This document shows, one piece after another, positions 17,018-26,463 of a DNA stretch of 64,000 bases. Each line of letters opens with the position of its first letter. Position 1 is the stretch's first letter. The DNA is from Obrimoposthia wandeli (taxonomy: Eukaryota), in assembly GCA_977020255.1 (NCBI GenBank), contig CDROCS010000506.1, forward strand, positions 3,286,001-3,350,000, written 5' to 3'. Below the pieces are notes generated by a model. That model ran no database searches. It was not told where the DNA came from and saw only the letters and a list, made by a program, of their open reading frames with translations. The translations under genes and the position numbers were made by a program.

Positions 17018-19525
17018 TTGTCTGCTACATATCTGGGTTTTTTATTATCGCGCCATAGCCGTGATCGTAATGGTAACAACGAATTAAGTTACTGGTTAGC
17101 ATCTGAAATGGGTGCGGTTAAATTGATCCCAGCAACCCAGCCCCTGGTGATGTTCATTCCTCAAGATCAGCTTACCACTGCTTTGGCGTGTTTAAGTGAA
17201 TTGAATCCGCGTTTTAATTATAAAAATCTCACATTACGCAGTTTTGATTTAGAACTGATGAGCGCGTTTTATTTCCAGACATCTCATGACTATCATCGTG
17301 CCCAAGAATTATTAAGACGTAAGCTGGTGACAGTATTAGAAGCCGATATTCGCCCAGCAGAGCGTTACCTAATGGAGCGTTTTGTTAAAGGCGCTGTCGA
17401 GTTCACTGGTACGCCAGTGCAACGCAAAGGTTATGTTGAGTTTCAACAAGCACAGCTTAAACCTGCTGAATTACCAGATAACTTAGTCGACAAAATTAAA
17501 CAGATCTCACTGGATATCGAGTGTTCAGAACACGGTGAGCTTTACTCAATCGGTTTGTATTCATTGAGTCCTGCCTATTGCCCCGACGGTAAGCCTTTTA
17601 AACGGGTTTACATGATAGGCGATCAGCTTGATCAAGACTTGGCACAAGCACTCGCTGATAAAGATCAAGCTAAGGCACAAATACAAGCGGATAAAAGTTT
17701 AGCACAAGACCCTGACGATGAGCCGTTGGTCCACTGGGTTGCTGACGAGAAAAGCCTGTTATTGGCACTGCAAGAATTCGTGATCAGCTACGATCCTGAC
17801 ATCTTCATCGGTTGGAATGTGATTAACTTTGATTTCCGCTTATTAGCGGTGCGTGCCACATTCCATAATCTTAAATTATCGCTAGGGCGTGGTGGTCAAA
17901 ACCTGCATTGGCGTGATGGCCGTACACCGCAACAGCCTGGTTTTTTAACCTTGCATGGGCGCGTGGTCGTTGATGGTATTGATAGTTTAAAAACAGCTAC
18001 TTATAGTTTCCCCAGCTTTAGTTTAGAGAATGTCGCGCAAGAGATCCTCGGTGTTGGTAAAGATACTGAAGATGTTGATAACCGCATGGAACAGATCAAC
18101 CACGATTTTCACTTCAACAAGCAGAAGTTAGCCAAGTACAACCTGCAAGATTGCGTCTTAGTGTGGGATATATTTGTTAAAACGCGCTTGTTAGATTTCT
18201 TATTATTACGTTCGCAATTAACCGGCTTGGAATTAGATCGTAACGGGGGTTCTGTATTAGCATTTACGAATGTGTATTTACCGAAGTTACATCGCGCGGG
18301 TTATGTTGCACCAAACTTGCGTGAGAGCGGAATAACAGCGAGTCCGGGCGGTTATGTCATGGACTCCTTTCCTGGGTTATATGATCACGTGATCGTACTG
18401 GATTTTAAGAGTCTGTATCCGTCGATTATTCGCACCTTTAAAATTGATCCTGTGGGATTATTAGAAGGTGTGCAAAACCCGACAGAGGCGATCCCCGGGT
18501 TTCGTGGTGGCCTGTTTGATCGGGATAAACATTACCTACCTGATATTATTACTGAACTGTGGTCACAGCGTGATCAAGCCAAATTGGATAAAGATGCCGC
18601 GCGTTCACAGGCGATTAAGATCTTAATGAACTCGTTTTATGGGGTATTAGGATCTGGTGGTTGTCGTTTTTATGATACCCGTTTAGCGTCGTCGATCACC
18701 ATGCGCGGTCAAGAGATCATGCAGACTACCGCCAGCTGGATTGAAGCGAAAGGTTATAAGGTTATCTACGGTGATACCGATTCAACGTTTGTATTACTCG
18801 ATGCTGCTAAATTTAATGACGGCGATGGTTCGCCAGCTGAACGCGGTTTACAAGCTGATCGTATGGGGGCGGAACTGTCGGAATATATTAACCAGCAATG
18901 GCAACGACACTTACGTGAAGACTACGACATTGATTGCTTCTTAGATATCGAATATGAAGTGCATTATCACAAGTTTTTAATGCCCACTATCCGCGGCTTA
19001 GATAAAGGCAGTAAAAAACGTTATGCCGGTTTAGTCCATACCAAAGAAGGTGAAAAGCTGATCTTCAAAGGCTTAGAAACCGTGCGTACCGATTGGACAG
19101 ATCTAGCGAAGATGTTCCAAATGGAGTTATACCACAGAGTATTCCATGGTCTGGCTGTGGAAGATTATGTGCTGGAAATTGTCGAGAAGACCTTGGCGGG
19201 TGAGTTCAATGACAAGTTGGTCTATCGTAAACGCTTGCGCCAAGAATTGGCCTTATATGTGAAGAATGTACCGCCACATGTAAAAGCAGCCCGTGCAGCA
19301 GATGAGAAGAACCGCCAGTTAGGTCAGCCTCTGCGTTATCAACACAAAGCATGGATCAGTTATGTGCTAACCCTGAGTGGCCCAGAAGCGGTTGAGCATC
19401 AACATTCGGTCTTGGATTTCGAGCATTATATTGAAAAACAATTGAAACCGATTGCTGATGGTATCTTGCCATTTATCGGCTTGAGTTTTGATTTGATAAC
19501 CGATCAACAAATGGGATTGTTTTAA
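17018..19525 (+). CDS. polB: DNA polymerase II (B family)
   Basis: Exonuclease SLDIEC, IGWNVINFD and YNLQD; polymerase LDFKSLYPSII, KILMNSFYGVLG, YGDTDS, KKRYAG; C-terminal QMGLF clamp-binding motif. Confidence 0.96.
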   Translation: MSATYLGFLLSRHSRDRNGNNELSYWLASEMGAVKLIPATQPLVMFIPQDQLTTALACLSELNPRFNYKNLTLRSFDLELMSAFYFQTSHDYHRAQELLRRKLVTVLEADIRPAERYLMERFVKGAVEFTGTPVQRKGYVEFQQAQLKPAELPDNLVDKIKQISLDIECSEHGELYSIGLYSLSPAYCPDGKPFKRVYMIGDQLDQDLAQALADKDQAKAQIQADKSLAQDPDDEPLVHWVADEKSLLLALQEFVISYDPDIFIGWNVINFDFRLLAVRATFHNLKLSLGRGGQNLHWRDGRTPQQPGFLTLHGRVVVDGIDSLKTATYSFPSFSLENVAQEILGVGKDTEDVDNRMEQINHDFHFNKQKLAKYNLQDCVLVWDIFVKTRLLDFLLLRSQLTGLELDRNGGSVLAFTNVYLPKLHRAGYVAPNLRESGITASPGGYVMDSFPGLYDHVIVLDFKSLYPSIIRTFKIDPVGLLEGVQNPTEAIPGFRGGLFDRDKHYLPDIITELWSQRDQAKLDKDAARSQAIKILMNSFYGVLGSGGCRFYDTRLASSITMRGQEIMQTTASWIEAKGYKVIYGDTDSTFVLLDAAKFNDGDGSPAERGLQADRMGAELSEYINQQWQRHLREDYDIDCFLDIEYEVHYHKFLMPTIRGLDKGSKKRYAGLVHTKEGEKLIFKGLETVRTDWTDLAKMFQMELYHRVFHGLAVEDYVLEIVEKTLAGEFNDKLVYRKRLRQELALYVKNVPPHVKAARAADEKNRQLGQPLRYQHKAWISYVLTLSGPEAVEHQHSVLDFEHYIEKQLKPIADGILPFIGLSFDLITDQQMGLF

Positions 19526-19666
19526 TCATAGGGTTAAAACAATCCTCCTGACAATTCTTTACCTGCATTTGTGAAACCTATCCTGACAACGCCAACCAAA
19601 CTGGTTTATCTTAATCAGTTACACATTTATTGCCTGTTGTCGCCTATCATCATTTGTAACGAGCTG

Positions 19667-20293
19667 CTAGTTCGGCGCGTTATAAATAGTCGCTAATTGT
19701 TTTGACATAATGTCAGCGATTTTAGGCTGAGCGATACGGTTTGGGTGGATGCCATCGTTTTGCATTAAGCTTGGATCTACAGCTATCTGTTCCATGAAAA
19801 ATGGCAGTACCGTAATGTCTTTTTCATTGCCAACTTGAGCAAATACATCAGTGAACATTTTACTGTAGCGTGGGCCATAATTAGGTGGAATACGAATATT
19901 CATCACGTAGACAGAAATATTTTTTGCGTGCGCTAAATCAACCATTTTTTCTAAATTGCTTTTGATTAATTTTGGTGGGAAACCACGTAAACCGTCGTTA
20001 CCACCAAGCTCGATGATGAGTGTATCAATAGACTGTTTAGCTAAAATACCAGGTAAGCGAGACAGACCGCCAGCGGTAGTCTCGCCACTGATACTGGCAT
20101 TGATAATGTTATACGGGGCATTTTGCTCTGTTAACTGTTTATTAAGCAGGGTTACCCAGCCTTCATTTTGCGTCATTCCGTAACTCGCGCTAAGGCTGTC
20201 ACCCAATAACAAAATTTTATGGTTAGCTGTGGCATGTGCTGCAGGTAACAAGATAATCATTAATAATATTACTTTAAAGGCATTTTTAAACAT
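19667..20293 (-). CDS. tesA: Acyl-CoA thioesterase I / arylesterase (SGNH)
   Basis: GDSLS, NASISGETT, ELGGNDGLRG and DGIHP. Confidence 0.93.
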   Translation of the reverse strand: MFKNAFKVILLMIILLPAAHATANHKILLLGDSLSASYGMTQNEGWVTLLNKQLTEQNAPYNIINASISGETTAGGLSRLPGILAKQSIDTLIIELGGNDGLRGFPPKLIKSNLEKMVDLAHAKNISVYVMNIRIPPNYGPRYSKMFTDVFAQVGNEKDITVLPFFMEQIAVDPSLMQNDGIHPNRIAQPKIADIMSKQLATIYNAPN

Positions 20294-21095
20294 GAAGCTA
20301 AATTCCGACGTTATATTAAAAGTAAGTGCCTTAACTAAATCAGTTAAAACAGAGGCTAAGACCTTGGATATTTTACATCCGATGGATTTAGCGGTAATCG
20401 CTGGTGACTCATTAGCGATTGTTGGCGCGTCTGGCTCAGGTAAGTCTACCCTATTGTCTATTATAGCGGGATTAGATTTACCTTCGAGCGGTGAAGTTTT
20501 TCTTAAAAACCAGCCATTGCACCAATTTAATGAAGAACAACGCAGTGCGGTTCGCGCTCAACATGTTGGTTTTATTTTTCAACAATTCTTACTGATTAAT
20601 AGCTTAACTGCATTGGAAAATATCATGCTACCGGCTGAGTTAGCGGGTATGGATAATCCCGAACAACTAGCACGTGAATTATTGGCTAAGGTTGATTTAG
20701 CTGATAGGGCTGAGCATTTCCCTTCACAACTGTCTGGTGGTGAACAACAGCGTGTCGCAATTGCCCGCGCTTTTATTTCGAAACCGGCTATTTTATTTGC
20801 TGATGAGCCGACGGGTAACTTAGATACTAAAACGGGCTCGCATATTGCTGATTTGTTGTTTGAAATTAACAAACAGCAGGGCACGACTTTGATATTGGTA
20901 ACGCACGATCCGAAATTAGCCGCACGTTGTCAGCGTCAAGTCACGATGGAAAGCGGTCAATTAACAGAAACCAGTGCGGTTGCTGAACCTATCGCCACGG
21001 ACGTTATAGTTGAGAAAGTTGTAGCTGAGAAAATTATAGTTGAAAAAGTGATAGCCGAGCAATCTATAGCAAAACAGGTGAGTGAGCAGCAATGA
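20292..21095 (+). CDS. ybbA: ABC transporter ATP-binding protein YbbA
   Basis: GASGSGKST, LSGGEQQRVAIARA and LFADEPTGNLD; divergent from tesA. Probable start ATG 20292. Confidence 0.9.
   Translation: MKLNSDVILKVSALTKSVKTEAKTLDILHPMDLAVIAGDSLAIVGASGSGKSTLLSIIAGLDLPSSGEVFLKNQPLHQFNEEQRSAVRAQHVGFIFQQFLLINSLTALENIMLPAELAGMDNPEQLARELLAKVDLADRAEHFPSQLSGGEQQRVAIARAFISKPAILFADEPTGNLDTKTGSHIADLLFEINKQQGTTLILVTHDPKLAARCQRQVTMESGQLTETSAVAEPIATDVIVEKVVAEKIIVEKVIAEQSIAKQVSEQQ
21006..21080 (+). repeat. 5 x 15-bp degenerate coding tandem repeat at ybbA 3' end
   Basis: ATAGTTGAGAAAGTT / GTAGCTGAGAAAATT / ATAGTTGAAAAAGTG / ATAGCCGAGCAATCT / ATAGCAAAACAGGTG. Confidence 0.8.
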
Positions 21096-23608
21096 GTTAT
21101 TGGCATAAACATTCCCTGCGTTTATTGAAGCACGAGTTAAAGCGCGGTGAGCTGACTATTATCTTGTTGGCCATCATATTAGCTGTCTCTGCGGTATTCG
21201 CACTATCGGGCTTTTCGAGTCGGGTTAAACAAGCATTAACCGCCGAGAGCAGTACTTTTATTGCGGCCGATAGGGTATTGGATACTGGCAGCGTGATAGA
21301 TCCTGCCGTATTAGCCAAGGCTACCAGTTTAGAACTCACTCAAGCCCAGCAGATACAAATGTCATCCATGGTATTCACGGATGAAAAAATGGCTTTATCG
21401 GCTTTGTCTGCGGTCTCGGATACTTATCCATTACGTGGTGAGCTATTGGTGAGTCCGTCATTAGATGCTACGCAAGCGGTGGCGTCTAATGCACCCAAAT
21501 CAGGTGAAGCTTGGTTAGAGGCGAAAGGATTAAGGCAATTAGAACTCACGCTAGGTGACAGTATTGAAGTCGGCGTTATGCGTTTCAAAATTACCGGCGT
21601 TATTACCCAGATACCGGATGCATCGTTTAGTGTGTTTAGTTCTGGCCCTGTAGTGTTTATTAACAGCCAAGACATACACAAGACAGAGTTAATTCAACCT
21701 GGCAGCAGATTAAGTTATAAATACCTGTTCGCAGGAGAAGCCGACAACATCGCTGCTTTTGAACAATGGTTTACACCACAGTTAAGTGATAACCAACGTT
21801 GGTATGATATTAAATCCCAGAATTCACCGTTAGCGAGAGCCCTAGGTAAAGCGGATAAATACCTGTCACTCGCCAGTATGCTGGGTATTGTTTTAGCCTC
21901 TGTTGCGGTCGCTGTAGCAAGTCGCCGTTATAGCCAACGTCATCAATCAGTGGTTGCTGTGTTTAAAGCGATGGGCGCATCTAAGCGTTATGTGTCGAAA
22001 CTGTATTGCCTACATTGGTCGTTATTAAGTGTATTAAGTATTAGCTTAGGGTTGGTGGTTGGTTATCTGATTTTAAACCTCGGCTTATATGCGATGCGTG
22101 ATTATCTTGATACCTCGACCACAGGTAATATGGCGTATCCTTTCGTCGTTGCTATTGTCACCGGTATTATTTGCGCCTTTGCCTTTGCTATTACACCATT
22201 ACGAGAGTTAGTACAGACTTCGCCTATGACGCTGTTACGTGGCCGTGGTAGTGATGCTGAACAAAGTTTGTTAAGTAAATTAATGAGTCCATTACCGTCA
22301 GTCGTCGCTATTTTTACTTTATTGTATTTATTTAGCCAAGATGCAGTGCTCAGTGCGGCGTTATTAATTGGTGGAATACTGGTCGCGCTAGTGCTGTTGG
22401 TTATTGGGCGTTTATTTATGCTTGCGGGGCGTTCAGCTGGTAGTAAAGCGGGTAAGTCTTGGCACTTAGCGTTAGCGAATTTAAAACGTCGTGCTAATGA
22501 AAATTCGGTGCAGTTGATTAGTTTCACGATTGCCATTCAATTACTGCTTATTATCGTGGTGATGAAGAATGGTTTGATTGATGACTGGCAGCAGCAATTA
22601 CCCGATAACAGCGCTAACCGCTTTTTAGTCAACATTACTGCCGATCAAGTTGAACCAGTGAATAACTTTGTTGATTCGTTAGGTATTGAGTCCAGTGGGC
22701 TATTTCCTGTGGTGCGTGGTCGTTTAACCAAAATTAATGATGACCAAGTGACTAAACGTGTCAGTAAAGAAGAAACTAAATCAGCGGATAATGGCCGCCG
22801 TGGTGTTGGCCGCGAATTAAACATGACTTGGCGTGATGGCCTGCCTTATGAAAACAGCTTAATTGCTGGTAGTTGGTGGCAGCCTGAAGATACCCGTGCA
22901 TTGGTATCGATTGAATCGACCTTGGCTGAAAAGCTAGATGTTGAAATTGGCGACAACTTAACGTTCCAACTTGGCAGTGAAGAAGTACAGGTCAAGGTCA
23001 GTAATATTCGTAAGGTGAACTGGCAAACATTACAGCCTAACTTCTACATGATCTTTAACCAACATGTACTGGCTGATTTCCCTGCGACGTATATTTCGTC
23101 GTTATATGTGCCGGATGATGCCACTGATGCGCTGCAAGATTTCTTAACGCAATATCCGACTATTACCTTAATTGATGTTGATGCGATTATCACTCAGTTA
23201 CGTAGTGTGATAGGGCAAGTGTCTATTGCGATTGAGTTTATTCTATTGCTGGTAGTACTCGCGGGCAGCTTGGTATTAGTCGCTCAAGTACAAGCTAGTA
23301 TGGAAGAGCGTGAGCGCGAACTGGCTATTTTACGCACGCTAGGCGCAAGTGGACGCTTACTGCGTAATAGTGTGTTGTTTGAATTTGTGGCTTTGGGTGC
23401 ATTGGCAGGTCTGATGGCCAGTATTGCCATGGAGCTAGGTGTGTATATTTTACAAAGCCGTATTTTCGATATGCCTGGCGCGTTTCATTTTGAATATTGG
23501 CTGTTAGGTATAGGTGCGGGCGCGAGTTTTGTCGGGCTGATAGGCTTGCTGAGCTGTTGGCGTTTATTGAACATGTCGAGCGTGACATTAATCAGGCGTA
23601 CTATGTAG
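21092..23608 (+). CDS. ybbP: ABC transporter permease YbbP (FtsX-like)
   Basis: Two FtsX-type halves, GELTIILLA, RANENSVQL and ERERELAILRTLGAS; ATGA overlap with ybbA. Confidence 0.9.
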   Translation: MSYWHKHSLRLLKHELKRGELTIILLAIILAVSAVFALSGFSSRVKQALTAESSTFIAADRVLDTGSVIDPAVLAKATSLELTQAQQIQMSSMVFTDEKMALSALSAVSDTYPLRGELLVSPSLDATQAVASNAPKSGEAWLEAKGLRQLELTLGDSIEVGVMRFKITGVITQIPDASFSVFSSGPVVFINSQDIHKTELIQPGSRLSYKYLFAGEADNIAAFEQWFTPQLSDNQRWYDIKSQNSPLARALGKADKYLSLASMLGIVLASVAVAVASRRYSQRHQSVVAVFKAMGASKRYVSKLYCLHWSLLSVLSISLGLVVGYLILNLGLYAMRDYLDTSTTGNMAYPFVVAIVTGIICAFAFAITPLRELVQTSPMTLLRGRGSDAEQSLLSKLMSPLPSVVAIFTLLYLFSQDAVLSAALLIGGILVALVLLVIGRLFMLAGRSAGSKAGKSWHLALANLKRRANENSVQLISFTIAIQLLLIIVVMKNGLIDDWQQQLPDNSANRFLVNITADQVEPVNNFVDSLGIESSGLFPVVRGRLTKINDDQVTKRVSKEETKSADNGRRGVGRELNMTWRDGLPYENSLIAGSWWQPEDTRALVSIESTLAEKLDVEIGDNLTFQLGSEEVQVKVSNIRKVNWQTLQPNFYMIFNQHVLADFPATYISSLYVPDDATDALQDFLTQYPTITLIDVDAIITQLRSVIGQVSIAIEFILLLVVLAGSLVLVAQVQASMEERERELAILRTLGASGRLLRNSVLFEFVALGALAGLMASIAMELGVYILQSRIFDMPGAFHFEYWLLGIGAGASFVGLIGLLSCWRLLNMSSVTLIRRTM

Positions 23609-23867
23609 AAGAGAGTAACGTGAATAACTCGTGCCGTGAATAGTGCTTTTAATAGTGCTATGACCATGGCACGACTTATAAGGCTTAGCGATCGTCATTT
23701 TTGTCGTGACGATTAGCACTCTGGGCCATGAAATATGATCTTTGCCGCAAAATTGAGTTAAGTAATTGTTTTTTCCGAACTAGACTTACAAAACTAACCA
23801 ATTGTTGGTAGTATTTTGTATGTTAAAGGATTTAACATATTCATCAATATTAGCGACAGAGGATTTT

Positions 23868-23984
23868 ATGGCTTTTTATTATTATGCGTTATTGGCTATT
23901 TTTGTAATGCTCATGCCATGCTTGTTTTTTGTTAATAGTATTGTCAGTTATTGCCGCCATTCAACTAAGCTGGTTAAAAAATAA
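23868..23984 (+). CDS. Putative 38-aa single-TM small protein MAFYYYALLAIFVMLMPCLFFVNSIVSYCRHSTKLVKK
   Basis: ATG preceded by AGAGGA at 5-nt spacing; ~24 hydrophobic residues then a basic tail. No homology checked. Confidence 0.5.
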   Translation: MAFYYYALLAIFVMLMPCLFFVNSIVSYCRHSTKLVKK

Positions 23985-24313
23985 TATAGTTAAGCGTATT
24001 CATCGCTAACCATATTCATAGCTATCCAAGATCTTACAGACCCGCATTATTGGTTTTTTTGTTGCTCTTGTGCAACGTTCTAACCCACTTTTTACTCATA
24101 TCGACGTGCCATTAGCAAATAGCGCTCTGCTATGTAATGCACAACCACTACAAACGTTACCTTGCTAGATCCGTATCTGAATTGATAAATAATTGAGCTA
24201 TTGTTGTGATCGTGACTAAATTTTAAAGATGGTGATAAATAATATCGGATTTTATGGCTTATATTGTTGTCATAAACCGAGAGATTTATATCAAATTTAC
24301 TAAGGAAATCATA

Positions 24314-24793
24314 ATGAATAGCAAAGTAATTAAATACGGCCTTATATTAGCAGCTTTAGTTAATATTGCTGGTGTACTGACATTCTCGCAATTATTTAGT
24401 AATACCGCGATTAACGAAGCTGACCCAGTTGTCATGTCTAACTTTGGTTTAGTGATGATAATGGTGTGGGGACTGGCTTACTTTGCTGCGGCTATGACGA
24501 AAGGTAGTATTCGTTTATTAGTGTCAGTTTTTGCTATCGAAAAATTGGTGTATGTATGCGCGTGGGTATACTGGCTAGCAACAAATAACTTATTCACGTT
24601 ATACGAAACAGATTTATTTGCCGGTATTTTCTATACTATTTATGGCTTAAACGATTTAGTGTTTATGGTGTTCTTTATCAAAGTAGCGATGCACAAAATT
24701 GGCAATGCTGAAGCTAAAGTGAAGGCCAAGGCTAATGTTGGGACTCATGCTGAGAGTAATGTTGATAGTAAAATACCGAGCGCAACGAGCTAA
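24314..24793 (+). CDS. Hypothetical ~4-TM membrane protein
   Basis: ATG 24314 after TAAGGA; four hydrophobic segments; family not recognised. Confidence 0.7.
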   Translation: MNSKVIKYGLILAALVNIAGVLTFSQLFSNTAINEADPVVMSNFGLVMIMVWGLAYFAAAMTKGSIRLLVSVFAIEKLVYVCAWVYWLATNNLFTLYETDLFAGIFYTIYGLNDLVFMVFFIKVAMHKIGNAEAKVKAKANVGTHAESNVDSKIPSATS

Positions 24794-24843
24794 TTTAATA
24801 ACTCAGCTGATTATTTCGAATAAGCATCCAAAATAACGATTTT

Positions 24844-24877
24844 GAAAGGCACTGCAGGTTAAGTCACAGTGCCTTTC
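24844..24877. terminator. Terminator between convergent hypothetical gene and ribB
   Basis: GAAAGGCACTG...CAGTGCCTTTC inverted repeat. Confidence 0.7.
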
Positions 24878-24925
24878 TTATTTCTTATTTCTTATTTCTT
24901 ATCTCTTATCTCTTATCTCTTAACT
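24877..24925. repeat. 7-bp tandem repeat (CTTATTT)x3 (CTTATCT)x3 CTTAACT
   Basis: Read directly from the sequence. Confidence 0.9.
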
Positions 24926-25573
24926 TACTTGCTCTAACAGTGCATTACGATAAGTAACAATATCTTCAATTGTTAACACTGGTAAATCATGCTTTTCACC
25001 AAAGGTAATGATTTCAGGTAAACGCGCCATCGTACCATCAGGGTTGGTTACTTCGCATAATACGCCAGCTGGTTTTAACCCTGCTAGTTTCATTAAATCG
25101 ATAGTACCTTCGGTATGACCGCGACGTGTTAATACACCACCTGGCTGTGCGCGTAACGGGTAAACATGGCCTGGACGGGCAAGGTCGCTTGGCATGGCGT
25201 TATCGGCAATAGCGGCTTTGATAGTCGTGACACGATCTGCAGCAGATACACCAGTTGTCACACCAACAGCCGCTTCGATACTAACGGTAAATGCAGTGCC
25301 GTACTGGCTTGAGTTATTCTCAACCATAGGCGCAAGTTCTAAATGTTTAACACGCTCGTCGGGCAAACAAACACACACAATACCGCTGCCTTCACGGATC
25401 AGTAATGCCATTTGTTCATTGGTTAATGTCTCAGCGGCATACACCATATCGCCTTCATTTTCGCGGTCTTCATCATCAACAACTAATACCCCTTTGCCTA
25501 AACGTAATGCCGTTAGTGCTGTTTCAACACGTGTAATTGCGTCGCCAAAAGGGGAAAGTAAAGACTGATTCAT
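24920..25573 (-). CDS. ribB: 3,4-dihydroxy-2-butanone 4-phosphate synthase
   Basis: [32 protein letters not shown] and RRGHTE. Confidence 0.96.
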   Translation of the reverse strand: MNQSLLSPFGDAITRVETALTALRLGKGVLVVDDEDRENEGDMVYAAETLTNEQMALLIREGSGIVCVCLPDERVKHLELAPMVENNSSQYGTAFTVSIEAAVGVTTGVSAADRVTTIKAAIADNAMPSDLARPGHVYPLRAQPGGVLTRRGHTEGTIDLMKLAGLKPAGVLCEVTNPDGTMARLPEIITFGEKHDLPVLTIEDIVTYRNALLEQVS

Positions 25574-25680
25574 GGTTTTAATCCTTAATATACAACTATA
25601 AAAATATTGGGTTCCAGAATCAGGGCGTGCAGAATTAGAGGTACGTAATTAGCCATCTACCGAGGCAGACGTTAACGTAT

Positions 25681-25924
25681 CTTATATTCTCTCTCATCCG
25701 GACTTAGACATATCTTATGATATGCACATTACCGTCGGCTCTGGACTAGGCTATATGGCATAGCGTTCACCAGATCTGCTGACCCTAAGTGCTGAATTTA
25801 TAAATCAAGTGATGTTATAAATAGTAGCCACTTAGGCGCTCGCGGGCTGAAATAAGCTACGACAGAATCGTATATCTTATTATTACCGCCGGTGGGGAAT
25901 TACACCCCGCCCTGAGAATTATAT
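25681..25924 (-). ncRNA. FMN riboswitch (RFN element), enlarged
   Basis: Minus strand carries all conserved blocks: TTCTCAGGGCGGGGTGTAATTCCCCACCGGCGGTA, AGCCCGCGAGCGC, CAGCAGATCTGGTGA, CCAGAGCCGACGG and AGTCCGGATGAGAGAG. The complementary CGCCCTGATTCTGG lies at 25627-25614, upstream of ribB. Confidence 0.95.
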
Positions 25925-26100
25925 CGTGCAGCAGATCATGCGATCACTGACGACAAGGTTATGTTGCCTTTATTTGATACAAATGACAAGTGTTTAAAGA
26001 TGGCGCAGCTTGGTGTTAACGTGACGCTCATCATTCTAGGGGCTATAGTTAATTTATAACTGATTTGTAGCATCATGTATCAGTCAAAAATAAGGAGTGA

Positions 26101-26328
26101 GTGATGAGTACTATTATAAAAAAAAGGATAGAAAGCAGGGTAAAAAATAGGATAAAAACGTGGATGATGACCATCGTTATGACAGGTTTATTGAGTGCTT
26201 GTAGTAGTGGCCCTGAAGGGAGCGGAGGTTATTTTGAAGAGCCAATAGAGAATAACGATACACCCTATATATATCCTCATCCACTGGGGAACTCGAATAG
26301 TTATATAGAAGTGCAGAGTACAAGTTAA
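26101..26328 (+). CDS. Putative small lipoprotein
   Basis: TAAGGAG RBS, basic n-region, short hydrophobic stretch and lipobox LSAC followed by SSG. Confidence 0.55.
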   Translation: MMSTIIKKRIESRVKNRIKTWMMTIVMTGLLSACSSGPEGSGGYFEEPIENNDTPYIYPHPLGNSNSYIEVQSTS

Positions 26329-26420
26329 TGACCTATTTAAAGCTAATGGCTTATCAATGTACCGAGTAAGTTTGTTGCTGCTGATTGATAAGTCGTAGTG
26401 ATAAGTAATGTTATAAATGG

Positions 26421-26456
26421 ATTTATCACACGATTTATAACACGACTTATCACACG
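26421..26456. repeat. 3 x 12-bp tandem repeat downstream of yciH
   Basis: ATTTATCACACG / ATTTATAACACG / ACTTATCACACG. Confidence 0.8.
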
Positions 26457-26463
26457 ATAGATA

